Of a DNA stretch of 64,000 nucleotides, positions 27,101-41,668 are shown one piece after another (the stretch's first letter is position 1; each line of letters begins with the position of its first letter). The stretch spans positions 1,550,001 to 1,614,000 of the forward strand of contig CM114271.1 in the NCBI GenBank assembly GCA_050084515.1, read 5' to 3'. The notes below the pieces were generated by a model. The model had not been told where the DNA came from and ran no database searches. It was given only the letters and a program-made list of their open reading frames with translations. The DNA is from Blasia pusilla. Lineage: Eukaryota. A program made the translations under genes and the position numbers.

Positions 27101-27953
27101 ACCATGCCATCCTTACTTTTTTTCTCAGAAGACCAACTCAATAACTGTGACAAGGCCCTACACCTATACATACGCTGGATCCGGGGAATTACAGGGAAGT
27201 GTCTCAATACCTTGTTTGGTACTAAAGACTTCCCGACTTGCTTGAACCTAGCATTCCCACACTTCGGGAAAATTTATGCACCTTCGAAGTCCCCTCGAAA
27301 TAGAACACAACCTTTAGGGCATGCATGGATAGAGTTGTAGCTCATACCAAGTTTACTAATGAGTTTATCTGCTGCATAGTATGATGGTGGGACAAGATTT
27401 TCAGATGAGAGTATCATCTTACGTAGGAGTTTCAATATCTCATCAATTACAATATTAGGGACCCCATGGGTCGTACCAATATTGAAAAGGAGCATAACAA
27501 ATACAAGTAAAGAAGGCTTGGCTTCAAGGAAGAGTAGCTTGTAAGCTCATGAAAATCTGATGGAATATTTGGATCATTGGTTTCATTGAGATTCCCGTTC
27601 TCTGTCCCACTTTCATCAACAGCCATATCCTCATCATGGAGGTGATCATATTCTCTAAAAATATCATTCAGCATCTGGGGAACATCAATATCAACATCCA
27701 AATCAGGATTTTCTGGATGTGAGATTTCAGGTCTAACATCGGATTGCATAATGCGCTCACGTTGCTCCTTGTCATTAACCTCTTGTTGTGTGAGCCACTC
27801 CTCACCTGAAGAGTCCCACTTCTCCCTACTTTTTGGAACTCGAAAAAGATGAGATCGACCATTTTTCCTCAAATGGTCTTCTACCTTTGCTAGTCCCAAG
27901 GTAGTTCTGCCCATGCACTCTGTACAAGGGCATCTTGCCCTCTTCCTCCCCAA
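24200..27953 (-). pseudogene. CACTA TnpD/Tnp2 transposase
   Basis: RCPCTEC, YNSIHACPKGC, RHFPVIPRIQRMY, FGLALDGVNPY, STWPILLVN, LWTINDYPAYG, MKSHDYHVL, EMHFPPSFFDVMTHLLIH (Transposase_21 / DUF4218-like). Disrupted by stops and frameshifts. Confidence 0.92.
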
Positions 27954-29392
27954 TTTACGAGACCTATCGCACTCCCTTTGTCACAACTTATAGTTGTGTG
28001 CTTGGATTCTATGAGGATGTGTCAAATGCAAGCGGACATGAGCAGTCCTTTGTGACATCATCACCCCTATCTCGAGTTAATAAGAATAGAAGTAAATGAA
28101 TGAAGGAAATTATGGCATCCCATTGTTCCTAACATTGTAAACATGGAAGTGAAAATGTTTCAGTATGGTGGATATCTATTGGAGCAGAATATGTTGATTT
28201 CAATATAAATGAAGGGAGAATCTATAATTATCCACCTACCTTGAGTATGAGGTATACCCCTCCGGGAAATATAAACCTCCAGTCCATATCCTTCTTTGAT
28301 AGTGATAATTTGATCCTCTACAATCCGCAAATGCACTTTGACACACACCTTCACAACATGACATATGTAGATGTCTTAAGTATATGCAAAGAGATTGTAT
28401 CACACGAATGATCAGATATAAATACATCATTACAGTTTGAATACTATAAGGTGGTATAAGATTTATTTTACCCTAAGTCTATGTGCACTTGAAGTGATGA
28501 TTTATCTATGATTTCAGAATTTCAGACCATTTCGATGTCAAGTGCCTTATCTTTAGGTTTGAAGGGTAGGGTTATTTCTTCTATATTTCTTCATGTAAAC
28601 ATTGTAGCTTTGAGTTTTTTTTGGGCATATTATTCATTAAAAAAAAATCACACAGTCGGAGGATTAGCCCTCATTGCTAACAAAATCCGGTTCAATTTTT
28701 TGCCACATCACAACTCCATAAACACATTGCTGCCCTGATTTTTTTTCATCCAAAATACTACATTTTGTGGTAGATTTTGTGTGATATTGAATTCTATGTT
28801 GATGCTATGGAAAGATATAGAAAATCAAACCACTTAGCCAATGCATTCATGCAAAAATTGAAATCATCCACGTTTACATAAACTGCAATATTCTGGTCGA
28901 AAAATGTTGGCTAGCCCTAAACCCTCCGGTACCTAAACCTCCCGTGGAGTCCAAGACTCACCGGGTGGTCCCAAGTTCTCCAAACCTTGTGGGTCTCCAA
29001 GTGTGGAGGACCATGACTTGGCCATTTTGACCGGTCCGTCAACTCGATAGCGTTAGCAATAAGATTCGACACCTTCCTTGAGGCACAAGTCACCTCTTGC
29101 GTTCCGATGACATGTTGGTTCAAATACCCGTCACACGCTCACACCTGTCATCTGCGAATTTCTGTCTCCTATTGTCATCTCGTCTGGTTGATTCCGCTTA
29201 CTGCACTCACATCTGGGAATTTCGCGTGCTTCGCGTCGCTTAGCGTTCTCCTTCTTCACTATTTGCTCTTCCTAAGTTTGATACTGAAGTCTGTGTCACC
29301 GTTTGCCTCACGGGATCGAGACGCACTCGGTTTGATCTCGGCGATTGGTTTCAGGCACGGGAATTGTGAATCAACGTTCTGTCTTCGAGAAT

Positions 29393-29671
29393 ATGGAGGC
29401 TCCCAAGACTCCGCATGCCGTGTCCGACGTGGACGCAGGAAGCAAGAGCTCTACAATCCGTAACTGGTGTAGTGGAGTCTGTGGCGCAATGGTAGGAAAA
29501 CGCAGGGCCTGCAGAGTTTCTGTCGACGAGGTCTCGCAGCCGGGTCCAGTCGAAGCCCAGCAAGACCAGAAATTGAAAGACAGCCAGAAGAAAAAATCGA
29601 CTAGCAGCCGTTCTTCCCCTGCACTGGTAGTCAACTACTTCCCGACTGGCCAATTTCTGGGTCGCATCTGA
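29393..29671 (+). CDS. Small single-exon protein (92 aa) of unknown function
   Basis: ATG at 29393 and TGA at 29669-29671 in a GC-rich, non-TE context. Basic/Ser-rich region with C-terminal PALVVNYFPTGQFLGRI, which resembles from memory a conserved motif of uncharacterised small plant proteins. Confidence 0.65.
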   Translation: MEAPKTPHAVSDVDAGSKSSTIRNWCSGVCGAMVGKRRACRVSVDEVSQPGPVEAQQDQKLKDSQKKKSTSSRSSPALVVNYFPTGQFLGRI

Positions 29672-31524
29672 GTTGTTGATGGAGTACATGTGAGGGTTAC
29701 CTGGTGAGGTGCACCGCATTCACCGGCTCCCTCGACGTCAGTGGCTGTTCGGACGGGCTTCCGTTGATATGTTGCTTTGGTGGGAGGTTCCAAAGCTTGC
29801 GCTCGGGTGCACTGTTGGAATCTTCATGATCATGAATCTCTCGCTATCTAGTTAGCTTGGCGGCACAAGAGAGACTCCAGAGTCTTCGGAAACTGCAGGG
29901 TTCGGGAACAAAGGGACTCCCCTGTTCTCCTGGCATGAACCACCGCCACGGGCTGCAGCCAAACGAATGAGAAGCAGAAGAGATCGTCCCTGCGGCGGAC
30001 ACGACCAAGTGGCCCATCCGGGCAAAAGTTCTACATCATGCCAAATGCGAACATCCGATGTCCGTGGTGCAGTTGGCCGTTCCTTCACGCTTCTAGTAAA
30101 ATCACCTGGTGCCTGTCTCCAAGTACACGACGTCGACGGCATATTATTGATTTTGCAGCGTTTTCTGCAGTCAATGCACCGAGAGTCACGGAGAAGGTAG
30201 CGTTTGGACTTCCTGCTGTTCAATTTTGAAGCAACGTTCGACGATTCCAAGCGGCACATTCCAATACTCAAATTTGCAACAGTGATGACCATGCAGCAAC
30301 ACCGGAAGTCCCACATCTTCGTGCCGTACTGCAATTCTCGGATTGAATTACTGTATGACCACATATAGGACCACTTTCTATAGCTTGACTACGATATGTG
30401 AAAGTAGCTTGTAGGTGCTCTGCATTCAGGTTTAGAGCAGAGCAGCTCCGTAGACCGTAGACACGATGGAAAGGGCAGAAGCAAAGACAGAGCTAGCGTC
30501 AATCAACCTAGAAGCAGTAGCTGATAGATTCAGTTCTTTTAGCCGGAGAAATAGTGTGCGTTAGCACGTCTTGGATGGACTGTGCCGCATAGACCAAATT
30601 CAGTTTTGCTCGCGGAATCGATTGCCACAGTTTACTCAGGCGTCTCACTCAAACGCTTGAATAACTAATTTTGAATCGTTGGACTATTCTACTCCGGCAT
30701 CGCACCTATTTTTATGACAAATAATTGGTAGCCTTCTTCATTTTCTTAAGCGCTCCATTCCTCACAAATCAAGAGAAATGATTCCAGACTACGCAAGCTC
30801 ACTCTCTCAACAACCTCGACGGGGAATCTGGATAGATTTGTCCCCTCGATTCCAGCTCGGCGAAGTGTCGTCGTGGCTCAACTCTAAAGTCCAGCTGAGA
30901 CGGGGGCGTCTCAGGAACTGCATTTGTTGTCAAGGACGCTCGCGACTCTAAGCAACTCGAATCTGCGCAAAGTGACTAACGACACGTAGTCATCAGAAAC
31001 CCATTTGAAAAATCATCATGACTGTCTGCAATTTATGGGAAAACTTTTTCGAAACTAATATGGCCTAAAAGGGCGATAAACACATCTGATACAAACGACG
31101 AAGACGTGTAGTGATCCCACACGGAGTCAAGAATGATGGTTCGTTTAAATTTATGATCTAAGTCTACTAAATCTAGTCCAACAAAATCTAGTCCAACAAT
31201 GGTGAAGTCTCAGAGTTTCCTTTTCTTATCCCTGTTTCCACACCGGTGATTCTTGTCTTCACCGAGAGCAGTCTCTGACCCGAGTCATTGCGCGTGAATG
31301 ACCGTCAAATGATTTGCAAACCTTAAGAAAAAATTTGAGTCATATACAAGCAACCTCGGCAGCGAAAGAGAGCGATGAAACACAAGGCTTGAACAACTCA
31401 AGTGAATTAAGGCGATGAAACAAAGTGCACCAATGAACGGGCAGAACCGGGGCTACGTGTTGACCTAGCCGGGAAAATTCAAAGAAGTCCGGGCCAAGTT
31501 CGAACTTTCCGGATGCAATTCCAA

Positions 31525-34500
31525 CAGGGGCTGGAGATTTCCCGGAAACTTGCTGGACGGAAAGGGATAGGGCAGTTTTCTACTGAATAGGTGACGGAAA
31601 TACGCCGTTCCGACGGCATGCCACTCGGATTCTGGTTGTCGGCAAAAGAGTCATTCCGGTTTGCTGCCCCATCAGTTGCCGGCTGCCGGAAAACTAGAAA
31701 CTATCAGATCTAATCGAGGCCCTCCATCTTAGGGCAAGCCGCCACGTCAGGACTCGGGAGTTGGGCGACTCGGGCAGTCAGGCCTGGACAAGACTCCGAG
31801 CCTCCGAGGGGGTAGAGTGGAGGGGTTGGCATTTGCATGCCTCCTTTTGTCTGAGTTTTTCACCTCGACTGCGCGCGACTCCTCGCTCTCTCGTTGTTGT
31901 AAACGCTCTCTCATTTGTTGTTGGAACTTGGAAGTCGCTGTGAGCTCGGAGCATCGGTGTTTTTTTGGTTAGCCCCTCGTTTGGTGCTTCGCGTCGCTGT
32001 AGCTAGTTGTTATTTCGCGCTCCCTCGTTGATGCTCGCTCTGTGCGTTGTTTGAGCTGTAGACTTTGATTGGGTTCGAGAGAAAGGAACTACAACGGAGG
32101 GACATGGATATAGTGGCACCCTTCGCCTTCTTGGGCGCATAAGAACCCGCTTTCTTGACAGGTTTATGTTGCGCAGCTTACATAGCTTCGCTTAGAGTTT
32201 TACCCAGGTGGAGCCTTGGGTAGGGCAATAGGGCTCGCGGGTTTGGATTACTTTAGTGAAGTGCACAACAGTAAGAGAAAAATTGTAGAATATAGTAGGT
32301 CCTTTACACCATATTTTAGTATCTACGTCATAGTTTACACTCTCTGAGCCTCTATATGGCTAAGAGACAACGAACAATGAATGAGATGCTACACAAGGAA
32401 GTTAGTCAAGACTTTGCAGAGGAGAACAGTAGGTCAGGATCATCGGATGGGAGAGAAGGGGACAAATCAAATACTTCTCCGACAAGTCAGAGTGAGAATA
32501 ACAGATTGGCTTGGAAGGATGTTTTGTATACTTTGTTCCATTGGATAGAATTCCATGTAGAATCTGGTCGGATTTTTTGCAAAGTTTGTAGATAGGGTAA
32601 GGGGAAAAGCTCCTTTGCCAGGGATGGTGCCATTAACTGTAAGGTTTCGGCCTTCACAGATCATGGTAATAAGCACATGAAGCTTGCATGGGCTGCGAAT
32701 ATGGGGAACAGATCCTTGGCCAAGGCTATAGCCACTACAAACGGACTTGTGATATTGCACTTTTGACTTTGTTCAAATGTGCATATTTCGTTGCAAAGGA
32801 AGCCTTGCCATTTTCGAAGTTCTCAAATCTGTGTAAGTTATTGATTTCTGTGAATGCACCTATAACCCGCGACTTGTACCAAGATGAAAAAATTTGTGCT
32901 GATATGTGTTATTATATTAGCTAGGTTCTTCTCAGGAGGAACCTTTCTAAAGTGCAACAATCTCCTTTCTTTGGGATAATGATTGACGAGTCCACAGATA
33001 TGTCTGTCACTGGACACCTTGTTGTATTTGCAACTTACTTAGATGAGGGGCAAGTAGAGAGTTGTTTTATAGGATTGCTACAATATCCAGAGAAATGTTC
33101 GAACGCAATCACTAACAATTTGTTGGAGTTGATAAAGGATTCGGGACTTGAGGGATCAAAACTGGTTGCCTTTGGATCTGATGGAGCTTCTACTATGGTA
33201 GGAAGCCAAAACGGAGAAGCATCTCAGTTGAAACAGAAGTTCAATCCTTTTATGTTGTCTGTGCATTGTGTGACGCACAGGACGAATCTCGCTGCTTTAA
33301 CAGCAGCAAAAGGTGTAGAGTGTAAGGAAATATCTATAGAAGTAGATTCAATCTTGAATGCAGTAGCTGGATATTTTAGAAGGTCGTCCAAGAGGAAGTG
33401 TGGTCTTGCAACTTTGCAAGAGAAGTTGAACGATTCTCAGAAAGTGATGAAGAGGTACCACAAGATTCGCTGGTTGTCACGTTGGCAGGTTGTTACTACT
33501 TTATGAGACTCATTGGAATGTGTCCTTGCATATTTCAGAGATATCTCGCCCTCGGAAGATGATGGTAATGCTGCAAATTTGTATAACAAACTCAGATCAT
33601 TTCAGATGATCTATCAGCTGTACTTTTTGGCAGATATTTTGTTTCTTCTTGCTAACTTGAGTAAGGTGTTCGAATATAAGTTTGTAGATGTTAGTACCAT
33701 AGGTAGTATGGTGACTTCTGAAATAGCTTCCATAACAATGAATTTTGTAATGGAGAACCTTGATCTGAATGCCTCCACTTTCTCTGAAGAAAGTGGTTAT
33801 CACATTCTACCAGACTTTGATCCTCCAGGGGGTTATTTGAAACGTTTACAATCTGAGATTAGGGGCAGAAAGTTCCATAGCATAGAAATGTTGAGGAATC
33901 GGACAGGAAAGGATCTAGAGGATGCCTTGTTGTTTCAAAAGAATTTTTGTGAGAGTATTTGTGTAGCTTTACGAGATCGGTTTAGGGATAACAACTTGAT
34001 TAGTGCTATGAGGATAATGAATCCTCTACACATGCCTTCAAGGCAAGTGGGACTAAATAGTTGGGGTTGTAAGGAATTGGATGACCTCTGTGCACATTTT
34101 GGGACGGACTTACCCTTCAAAGGTCACTTGCAACCTTCTTTACTAAGTGTAGAAGCTGTGAAAAAAGAGTTTCAATCATTTAAGCTCATGGCCACCACGG
34201 AGTGGAAAGATCGGAACTTCAAGGACTTGTGGGCTATGGTAAGTTGGAGCCCGTCCTTGCAATGCAAGTTCTCTAACTTGCTCATTTTAGCCAATATTGC
34301 TAAGGTATAGTGTGTTAATACTGCTATTTGTGAGAGAGCTTTCTCTGTGCAGAATGTGATTAAGACTAAAAGTAGGAATAGGTTAATGACAAAGCATTTG
34401 GATGATGTTCTTAGGATTGCCTTAGAGGGGAAAATAGATGATTATGAAGCTTTGTTGGTTGAATCCGTAGTTCTTTGGAAGAATTCAGCACACTTTAGGT

Positions 34501-35045
34501 ATGTGTATGCCAATCCTGAGAGATGTATTCCTCAGATAGAAATTCCACCAGAGGTTCGCGTAAATTTAAATGCTTTAGACCCAAGTGAAGTTGTTATGGA
34601 TGTGTAAGATGAGGGGGAAAAGCTTAGTGGTAGGGATAAGTGGGTCCTTTTTCTAATACATTGAAGCCAGGTTCACATCCTGCCAAGGATGATGTAGTAA
34701 AAGAAAGTGTGAAGTGAATTTTTGCAATAAAATTGAGGTCAAGAAGAGGTTGAAGTGAAGTAGAAATGAAAAGAGGCTTAGGTCCAAAAGATACGTGGAA
34801 AAAATTTTCCGGTTAGTATTTCAAATACCAAGATATCACCCAAACAACATTCCGAGCAATCCGAAATGAACTGTGGAGAAGAATAAAATTTCGAAAAATT
34901 TCTGAAAACTTAAAAAAAATCCCAAAAATTTCCTGGGAGTTTCAAATATTGCCTTATGAAAACGGTTAAAATTTTTTAATTAACGGTTTATTCAACCTAC
35001 ACCCAGAAACTTACCCCCTCTTGTAAAAAAACTCCTCAGACCCTG
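31525..35045 (+). mobile_element. hAT transposon (boundaries tentative)
   Basis: Imperfect candidate TIRs CAGGGGCTGGAG (31525) and reverse-complement CAGGGTCTGAGGAG (35045), with CCGG-rich subterminal tracts. No matching 8-bp TSD was found, so the ends are uncertain. Confidence 0.55.
32356..34607 (+). pseudogene. hAT transposase (ZNF862/DUF4371-like with hATC dimerisation domain)
   Basis: IFCKVC, FGIMIDESTD, FGSDGASTMVG, HCVTHRTNLA, IRWLSRW, CERAFSVQNVIKTKSRNRL. In-frame stops at 32593, 32922, 33504 and 34308, plus a frameshift near 32680. Confidence 0.92.
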
Positions 35046-36779
35046 TGGTGCACATGGTATAGGAGACTCGAAGAGGCTGAACCAGGTCCTCAAAACGCAT
35101 GGACTAATTAATCTACGTACAATTTTCAACCGTGAAGTTTGACACTAGAGAATATGGTTTTCTTCGACTTATGTTGTCCGTGGTATATCTGCCCGTACTC
35201 CTGAGAGTAACAAGCCTGCTGGAGTCAATCAGATACAAGAATCAGCCAATAACTTAGATTTGTAACTCATTCCATGTTGTGGTCGAGAGCTAGACAAGAG
35301 GATCAACACTCGAAGGAGTATAGCGGGTCTAGTTGGAGAGAGCGCCAAAGTTTGTCTGTACGTACTAGAAATATTAATCGAGCAGATTTCAGAATTTCCC
35401 ATGTCTAGCTTCTTTCATTTTCTTAGAATCTCCTTCTAATTGAAGGGTAGATTCTTGGGGCAGGAAAACTTCATCGGGTTCTTATGCGCCATCGCCATCG
35501 ACGGACATAGTTCCTCATAGCTCGTAAGATCAATCTGTTGAAATATGTGACTAAAAGGTAGTAATCATTTCAAATTCAGTCATGTCTACTCTGAATGACT
35601 ACTTTTAACACATATATGTAAGTCCATTAAGACAAAAATAATAGGATAGTAAGATAAAATAGCAATATGTTTCAATTTTGTTTTTCCAAGAAAATAATTT
35701 TATTAACTCATAATTTCTTTCGTTAATATTATAATGGATGATACTAAATATATAATAAATAATAATAGGAGAATTTTAAAAATAGCAATAAATTCAAAAT
35801 TTTGTCTCTCTCTCTCTCTTCTCTCTTCACATTTGATGGCAAGGAACAATGAATTGTAAAGGAGGAGTAAATATTATTTAAATTTTATGGAAGGATGAAA
35901 TTAATCAGGGGAGTGAGATATCATTCAAATTTTGATTGAGTGGTGGAATTATGATTGGATGACAGAATCTGAGCCAACACAAGGTATTATTACTCTTCTT
36001 AGATTCAAGGAAATAGAAATTATATTTAAACCTTGGAATAAAAATACGATTACTTTAAAAATAATCATGTTAATTCAAATTTCATATGTTGGGAAAGAAA
36101 AAATAATTTGAATGGAAAAGGGAAATGATTCCATTGATTAAGATTAACTTGAATTTTGTTAGTGTATGTTATTTTGGTGGGAAGAGTGGAAGGGGAAGAG
36201 TAGGTATTGTTCAAACTTTTACGGAGTGAAGATTATTTAGGAGAGGTGGGTAATAGTTAAACATGAAATTTTCTTACTCTTTTTTTATTTAAAAAAGTGT
36301 AAAGCATTTAGATAGAGCTTACTCAGCATAGATCTCTAGATTCAAGATAGAATTATGCTACCTTGGTTTAGTTTGTTAAAGTCTATAGATGCTCTTATAT
36401 GTATCTTTCTTTCTATTGTAAGTTGAGTGTTTTCTCATTATTGTATGTATAAAGAAATACCTTCGGAGTCCCACCTTGAGGGCAAGGTTGTACATGGACA
36501 TATTCTGTGTCGGTGGAAATGTCCATCGCTAAGACGGACACATCTTCCACGGCCCACATGAATCCTTATTTTAATAAATCCACAAAAATGTGTTGAGATC
36601 GGAGGTTTGAAGCTTTGCTCTTATCCACACAAAAGAAATTGCAGTTTCCACTTACACAGTTCTCACTGAAAAAATTGTGTATTAAATACATCTTTGAGAT
36701 TATGGTAGGCAAGCTCTATAGAGAGCTATATGTCCCATACGTATTTTTTATTTTTCAAACTTTGTTATTCATATCAATA

Positions 36780-38760
36780 TAAATGGCCTTGATTCCTAGA
36801 AAGAAAAATTACATCGAGAGACCTTGGAAAATTCAAACATAGAAAAGAAACACCTATCGGATCCAAATCAAATTTATTGTCATAATGAGAAACCATGGCA
36901 AAGGGAAATGGAGGCACCAAGAGTCCTTGGGTTGAAGAATCTAAGATATCCTTATAATGAGTGCAAGGGAATCAAATTGATATTCTTGCAGAGATTAGAA
37001 AAATATTTGATTCAATGCAAGCCATATCCTCCAAGATATAGGATTTGGAGAAATAAATTCTGACTCTTTTGATGAAGAGTGGAAATCAAGTTATGTAGGT
37101 TACAAAGTAGAACAATAGTAGAATTAGAGCCATGTTGAGGATCAAATCAACCAAGTAGACACTAGTCAAACCCTTAATAAGGGATTATAAATCCCTAGAA
37201 TGATCAATGAAGCATTCCATCATTTTGAAGAAGGAATTAGGAAGGGTCTTCAATCTGATCTTGGTAAAAAAGTAGATGAATATTAAGATTCAATTAACAA
37301 GGTTTCCTTTGAAATGGGAACTGATGACCCATGCTTTGAGGAAGCCCAAGAATCTTACTCCACTGCTTTGCGAGTGGCATATAAGGCTCTATTCCAAGGA
37401 AACCAAACAAGTACTCTCAGACTAGCATTCACAATGATATTATTAAAAATATAAAGTACACACAATGCTATCCAAGGCTAAAGCCATTATGCCACAAAGA
37501 AACTAACACCTCATCTTGGACTTAACTACATGTAGATCCATGCTTGCCCAAATGGATGCATGTGTCCCATCCATGACAGTAAGGTCGCCCCATCAAAAGA
37601 AAAAGCATGCCAAACAAGGGGAATTATTTGTGAGTGTATACTACATGTTTTTTTCTTCCAAAGAATAGTTTATTTTCTAACACAAAGTGGTAATGCAAAA
37701 AAGATTCAATATAGTAAGTAGTCCCACTCTTCCCTAGTTAACTTTTCATTATTTTACATTATGGTTTTTTGGTTGATAGGATGGAGGCTCAAAGGACAGG
37801 AAAGCAGAGGTACCTACTTGATTCATGGGGTGCAATGGCCTATGCAAGGGTACCATCCAAGATATCAAATGCAACAATGGCCTGAAATAATGGTGAGTGA
37901 GAATGGAACAAATAAGATCTTAATTTTCAATTACAAAGAGACTTTTTGGTTGCCCTGGGGTGTTAGAGAGTACGTGGGCACAGTTTGAGCCTATGTAAGA
38001 CATGAAATTTGATGTGGCAAACCCTATCTATTTTGAGCTTGCATATGCATATGAAATTGGAGCTTTGAATGACTTTTTGCCATGGTGAAGGATCTATTCC
38101 ACCTACTTGGGGTGCTTATGTTGAAGGAGAGTCTTTCTATCCACCTCCTACTCACCCATAACAACCTCCTCTTGGTAAGAAATCAGACCTTAGTTCAACA
38201 ATGTCTGCCCGCTCACATTTTTTTTTGGTCTTTAAATGATCCTACATATATCTATTGTTGGTGGAGTATAAACTCTCCCATTGCTCATAGGAAGAGAAAA
38301 GGATTATGAAGCATGAAAGGCAACAACCAAGATTTGAAAACATGAAAGTTTGTTGCCAATTGTTGAAGTGACTCCAAATGGTGAGATAGCGTATGGATGT
38401 GAAAGCAAGGAAAATTGGTATGATAATGTTAAGGCATATTTCCACTACCATCTTGATGTTAATAAGCGATCAGTTATGGCATACTCCTCTACAAGATCTT
38501 ATGAACTGCTTTGCTACAAGATCTTATGAAGAGAGAAAGGGCCAAATTGAAGAAAGTGTGGAAAGAGCAAGGAGGTACTTTTAAATGCCTTGCACTTATG
38601 GATGTACATCCTCGAATATGGAAAAATTCAAAAACATATTGGCCATCTCCAAAAGGAGAGGTCTGATCTAAATGCATGAAGGCTAATGGGGAAAATGTGG
38701 AGCATATGAATCCTTATGAGAGACATAGATATGTCGGCCAAAGGAATTATATGGTGTATA
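36780..38760 (+). mobile_element. Highly degraded, internally deleted CACTA element
   Basis: LRYPYNECKG (transposase-associated Zn motif remnant), GLNYM*IHACPNGC at ~37518-37560, then TnpA-like fragments. Confidence 0.7.
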
Positions 38761-41668
38761 TGGTGTACTCTAGAGTACTAAGAAGTTATTTTTTGTTAGT
38801 GGAGTTGCCAATGCTTCATCAACTGGTCACACTCGCAAAATGTATATTTGGTCTTCTATGTAGAAAAAAGACCATGGAAAAAACCCTACATTGGAAGACT
38901 TGTCTGATTCCTTTAGAGCACGTCAAATTCAAAGATATAGAAAAAGATATAAAATATCAAAGAGCCACCAATTTTTCACCACAAAGGTACCTTACAATAA
39001 TTTACATTGGTAGTTTTCTTCATTAGTTGTAGGAGAAATAAGTGTGATGCCTACAAGATACTATCTACTAGTTGCATTTGTTTAAAATCTGACGACCAAG
39101 TTGAAACATACTAACACAACTCAATCTTTTTGGTCTTTTGTAGAGTGAGATGATAAGTTTGTTTGGAAGAATAAACTGGTTGGAGAAGCTAAAGCACAGA
39201 AGCTCAGGTAGTAAGTATGAAGGCTCTTTATATATGTTAGATGATGGACATGCTCCTATTCCAAACATTAGTAGTGGATTTGGAGTTATAGAAAATTCAT
39301 CCCTTCCATTTATGCCTAATCCCTTCCCTATCCCTACTAAAACTCATATTTCTCAATTAGTTTCTTTAACTCTTCCTACTCTAGAAGTTCCAAATTTCGC
39401 ACCATCTCCTTCACCATCTTGTCATGCGCATACACATCGTTGATCACATCCAAACACCACACACGTAGATCCACACATAAATAAAATGCATTCATGTATA
39501 TACCTCAAGACCACACAACAAAATCAGTGTAATTAAAACTTGCTCACACAACCTACTCCACTCTCGAATCTACATCGGCATATAGGGCCACATCCATCCT
39601 CCGCTACCAGGCAATCCGGACGCTAGCACCCTAGTTCCTACTATACACAAAGCAAGAGAGGTGCTTCTAGGCTAGGGCCCAACATGACAAAGATGGCTTG
39701 GGAAAGTCATCTTTCCCTCTCTTATAGCCTTGAGAAGAGCCTCTTTCCCCAAAAATAGCCTCCAAAAGATAAAGTCCATGCACAAATTACCAAGGACATA
39801 CAAGACCTCAAAACGCACAAAATGCAAGGTTGCATACGGAAAAAGTTGGTGTCTACGTACAAGTCCATGTCCACGGATTTGTGTCCATTCCTAGGATGGA
39901 CATGTTTGTGCATGCATGGATACCCGCAGCCCGCACCTAAGCCTACCCCGCCTGCAATGTAGATTTGTGCTCGGCCAGCCCGCACCTAGTCTAAGAACTC
40001 GTCCCCCAACTGGTAGTATGCATTGGCCCACGAGCAAGCATGCAGCAGACCTGCATGATATGGGAAATGCTATGAGAAAATGTGGGCTTAGGGCGGGCCG
40101 GTGTGGTATGTGCAGGCCATTTTTTTCCACTAAAAATGTGAGTATATACCCATTCCCGTGTCTTGAGCCTAGGCAGATCATAGGGATACTAAAAAATACA
40201 TATACAACGAGAAAGCTCGCCTTTCAAGGACCTTCATGCTCTCACTCTTGTAATTGATAGAATTATAGATACATAGGCAACAGTATATTTGTTAAAAAGC
40301 CGAAAGGGATGAGAGAAAATTGGTGTTGGAAGGGTTGGTGGGATTATTGGTGGGAAAAAATACTATGCTAAACCAATTTCACTTAAAGTAACTGTTGTGA
40401 AAGTTGATGTTATTGTTATTCATGATGGTGGTCCATAGTTTCCTTATCCAAACATGATATGCCACCATAAACACACCTAAAGCATATTGTTGGATGTCCA
40501 CTTTTCACGCCTAAGAAATCAATTAAGAAGATCCTTCCTACAAGAGTTTAGTGTAAAATAATACATGCATCTTTCCTTTGTGAAGATTGTGGGTAATTTT
40601 ACAAGTGGAGCCTACTTTGGAGGTTGGAAAATGAAGGTTTTGATTATAGCTTTGCTTTCAATATTTGAAAACTCTATAACGAGAAACCATGTTATTTTAT
40701 TAAACATCTTTCTCCACCTCTAATGTTGAATTTTGACTATCTTGATACTATTTGCAATATGGATATTAACTTTCTTCATTTAAGGGAACATATGTTTACG
40801 AAGGTATCTATATTCTTAATTTCAGTGTATTGACACATTTAAAAGAACCTTGCCCTAAGCATAAGTACAAGCCAAATGTGTATTATTGTCTAGCTTGCCA
40901 TTTGAACTTCATTTGATGCATTCCTTGGATTCCGATGCTCTAAGGAAGAGTAGTGATCTCTTGCATTTCATTCTTATTTTACATTAGAAGCCATGTTTGC
41001 CATTCTAGTTTGTTGTTGCTACTTAGAGCAGGAAATAATTCCCATAGAATGTCTAGGTGAGGTACTAGTTAGAAGAAGAAATAACCCACTAAACTAATTG
41101 AATTCATATTGATTCTTCTCAAAGAAAAGTTATGAAGAATCGTTTGGAGATTTGCACTCAAAATCACAAGTAATTTTGGTTTCAATACAAGTAGAGTTTG
41201 TACAAAAGTAGTCACTTGCCTCCATTTACAACTATGCACGGTCCTAAGATAATTATTCATATTCTTAAATAATAGACTAAATTAGATCATCATTATCGAA
41301 TAATGCAGGGGTACATGTCAAGATTCTAAATAAAAGTACAACTAATTACACTCTCTAGTAGAATCAAAAAATCGTACACGTAAATTTGTGATGAAGATTC
41401 CAATACAAGGAATCTTCAGACACTAAAATATACGTAAATCTAGTCATTAGTCTTACTTTAAGTTTTACACCTGTCATTAGTTGCAGAATCTAGTGTCTAA
41501 ACCATGTATTCCTTCTAGTGAAAAAAAGCTAGACTAAATATACAAAGACCTCATCACATATAGCAAAGATTGGATAAACAACAAAAATAGAGAAGGTTTC
41601 CTAACATGGAAAAAATTGCAAAACCTTATATATCGATTATACCCATGATCCAAAATTAGGAGGACTAC

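Larger units (their letters stand above)
19756..28000 (-). mobile_element. CACTA (En/Spm) transposon, decayed; termini not identified
   Basis: TnpD/Tnp2 transposase at ~24200-27953, then multi-exon TnpA-like fragments down to ~20050 (VGAEVQLL..GTGNV..FHGSDIP..VRVD resembles the Tnp1/En/Spm C-terminus). Confidence 0.85.

Noticed and set aside
29700-31400. ORFs of 60-170 aa on both strands
   Set aside because: No recognisable domains; likely UTR or intergenic sequence.
40400-41300. Possible degraded LINE 3' region on the minus strand
   Set aside because: Only a vague Cys/His pattern, with no convincing RT motif.
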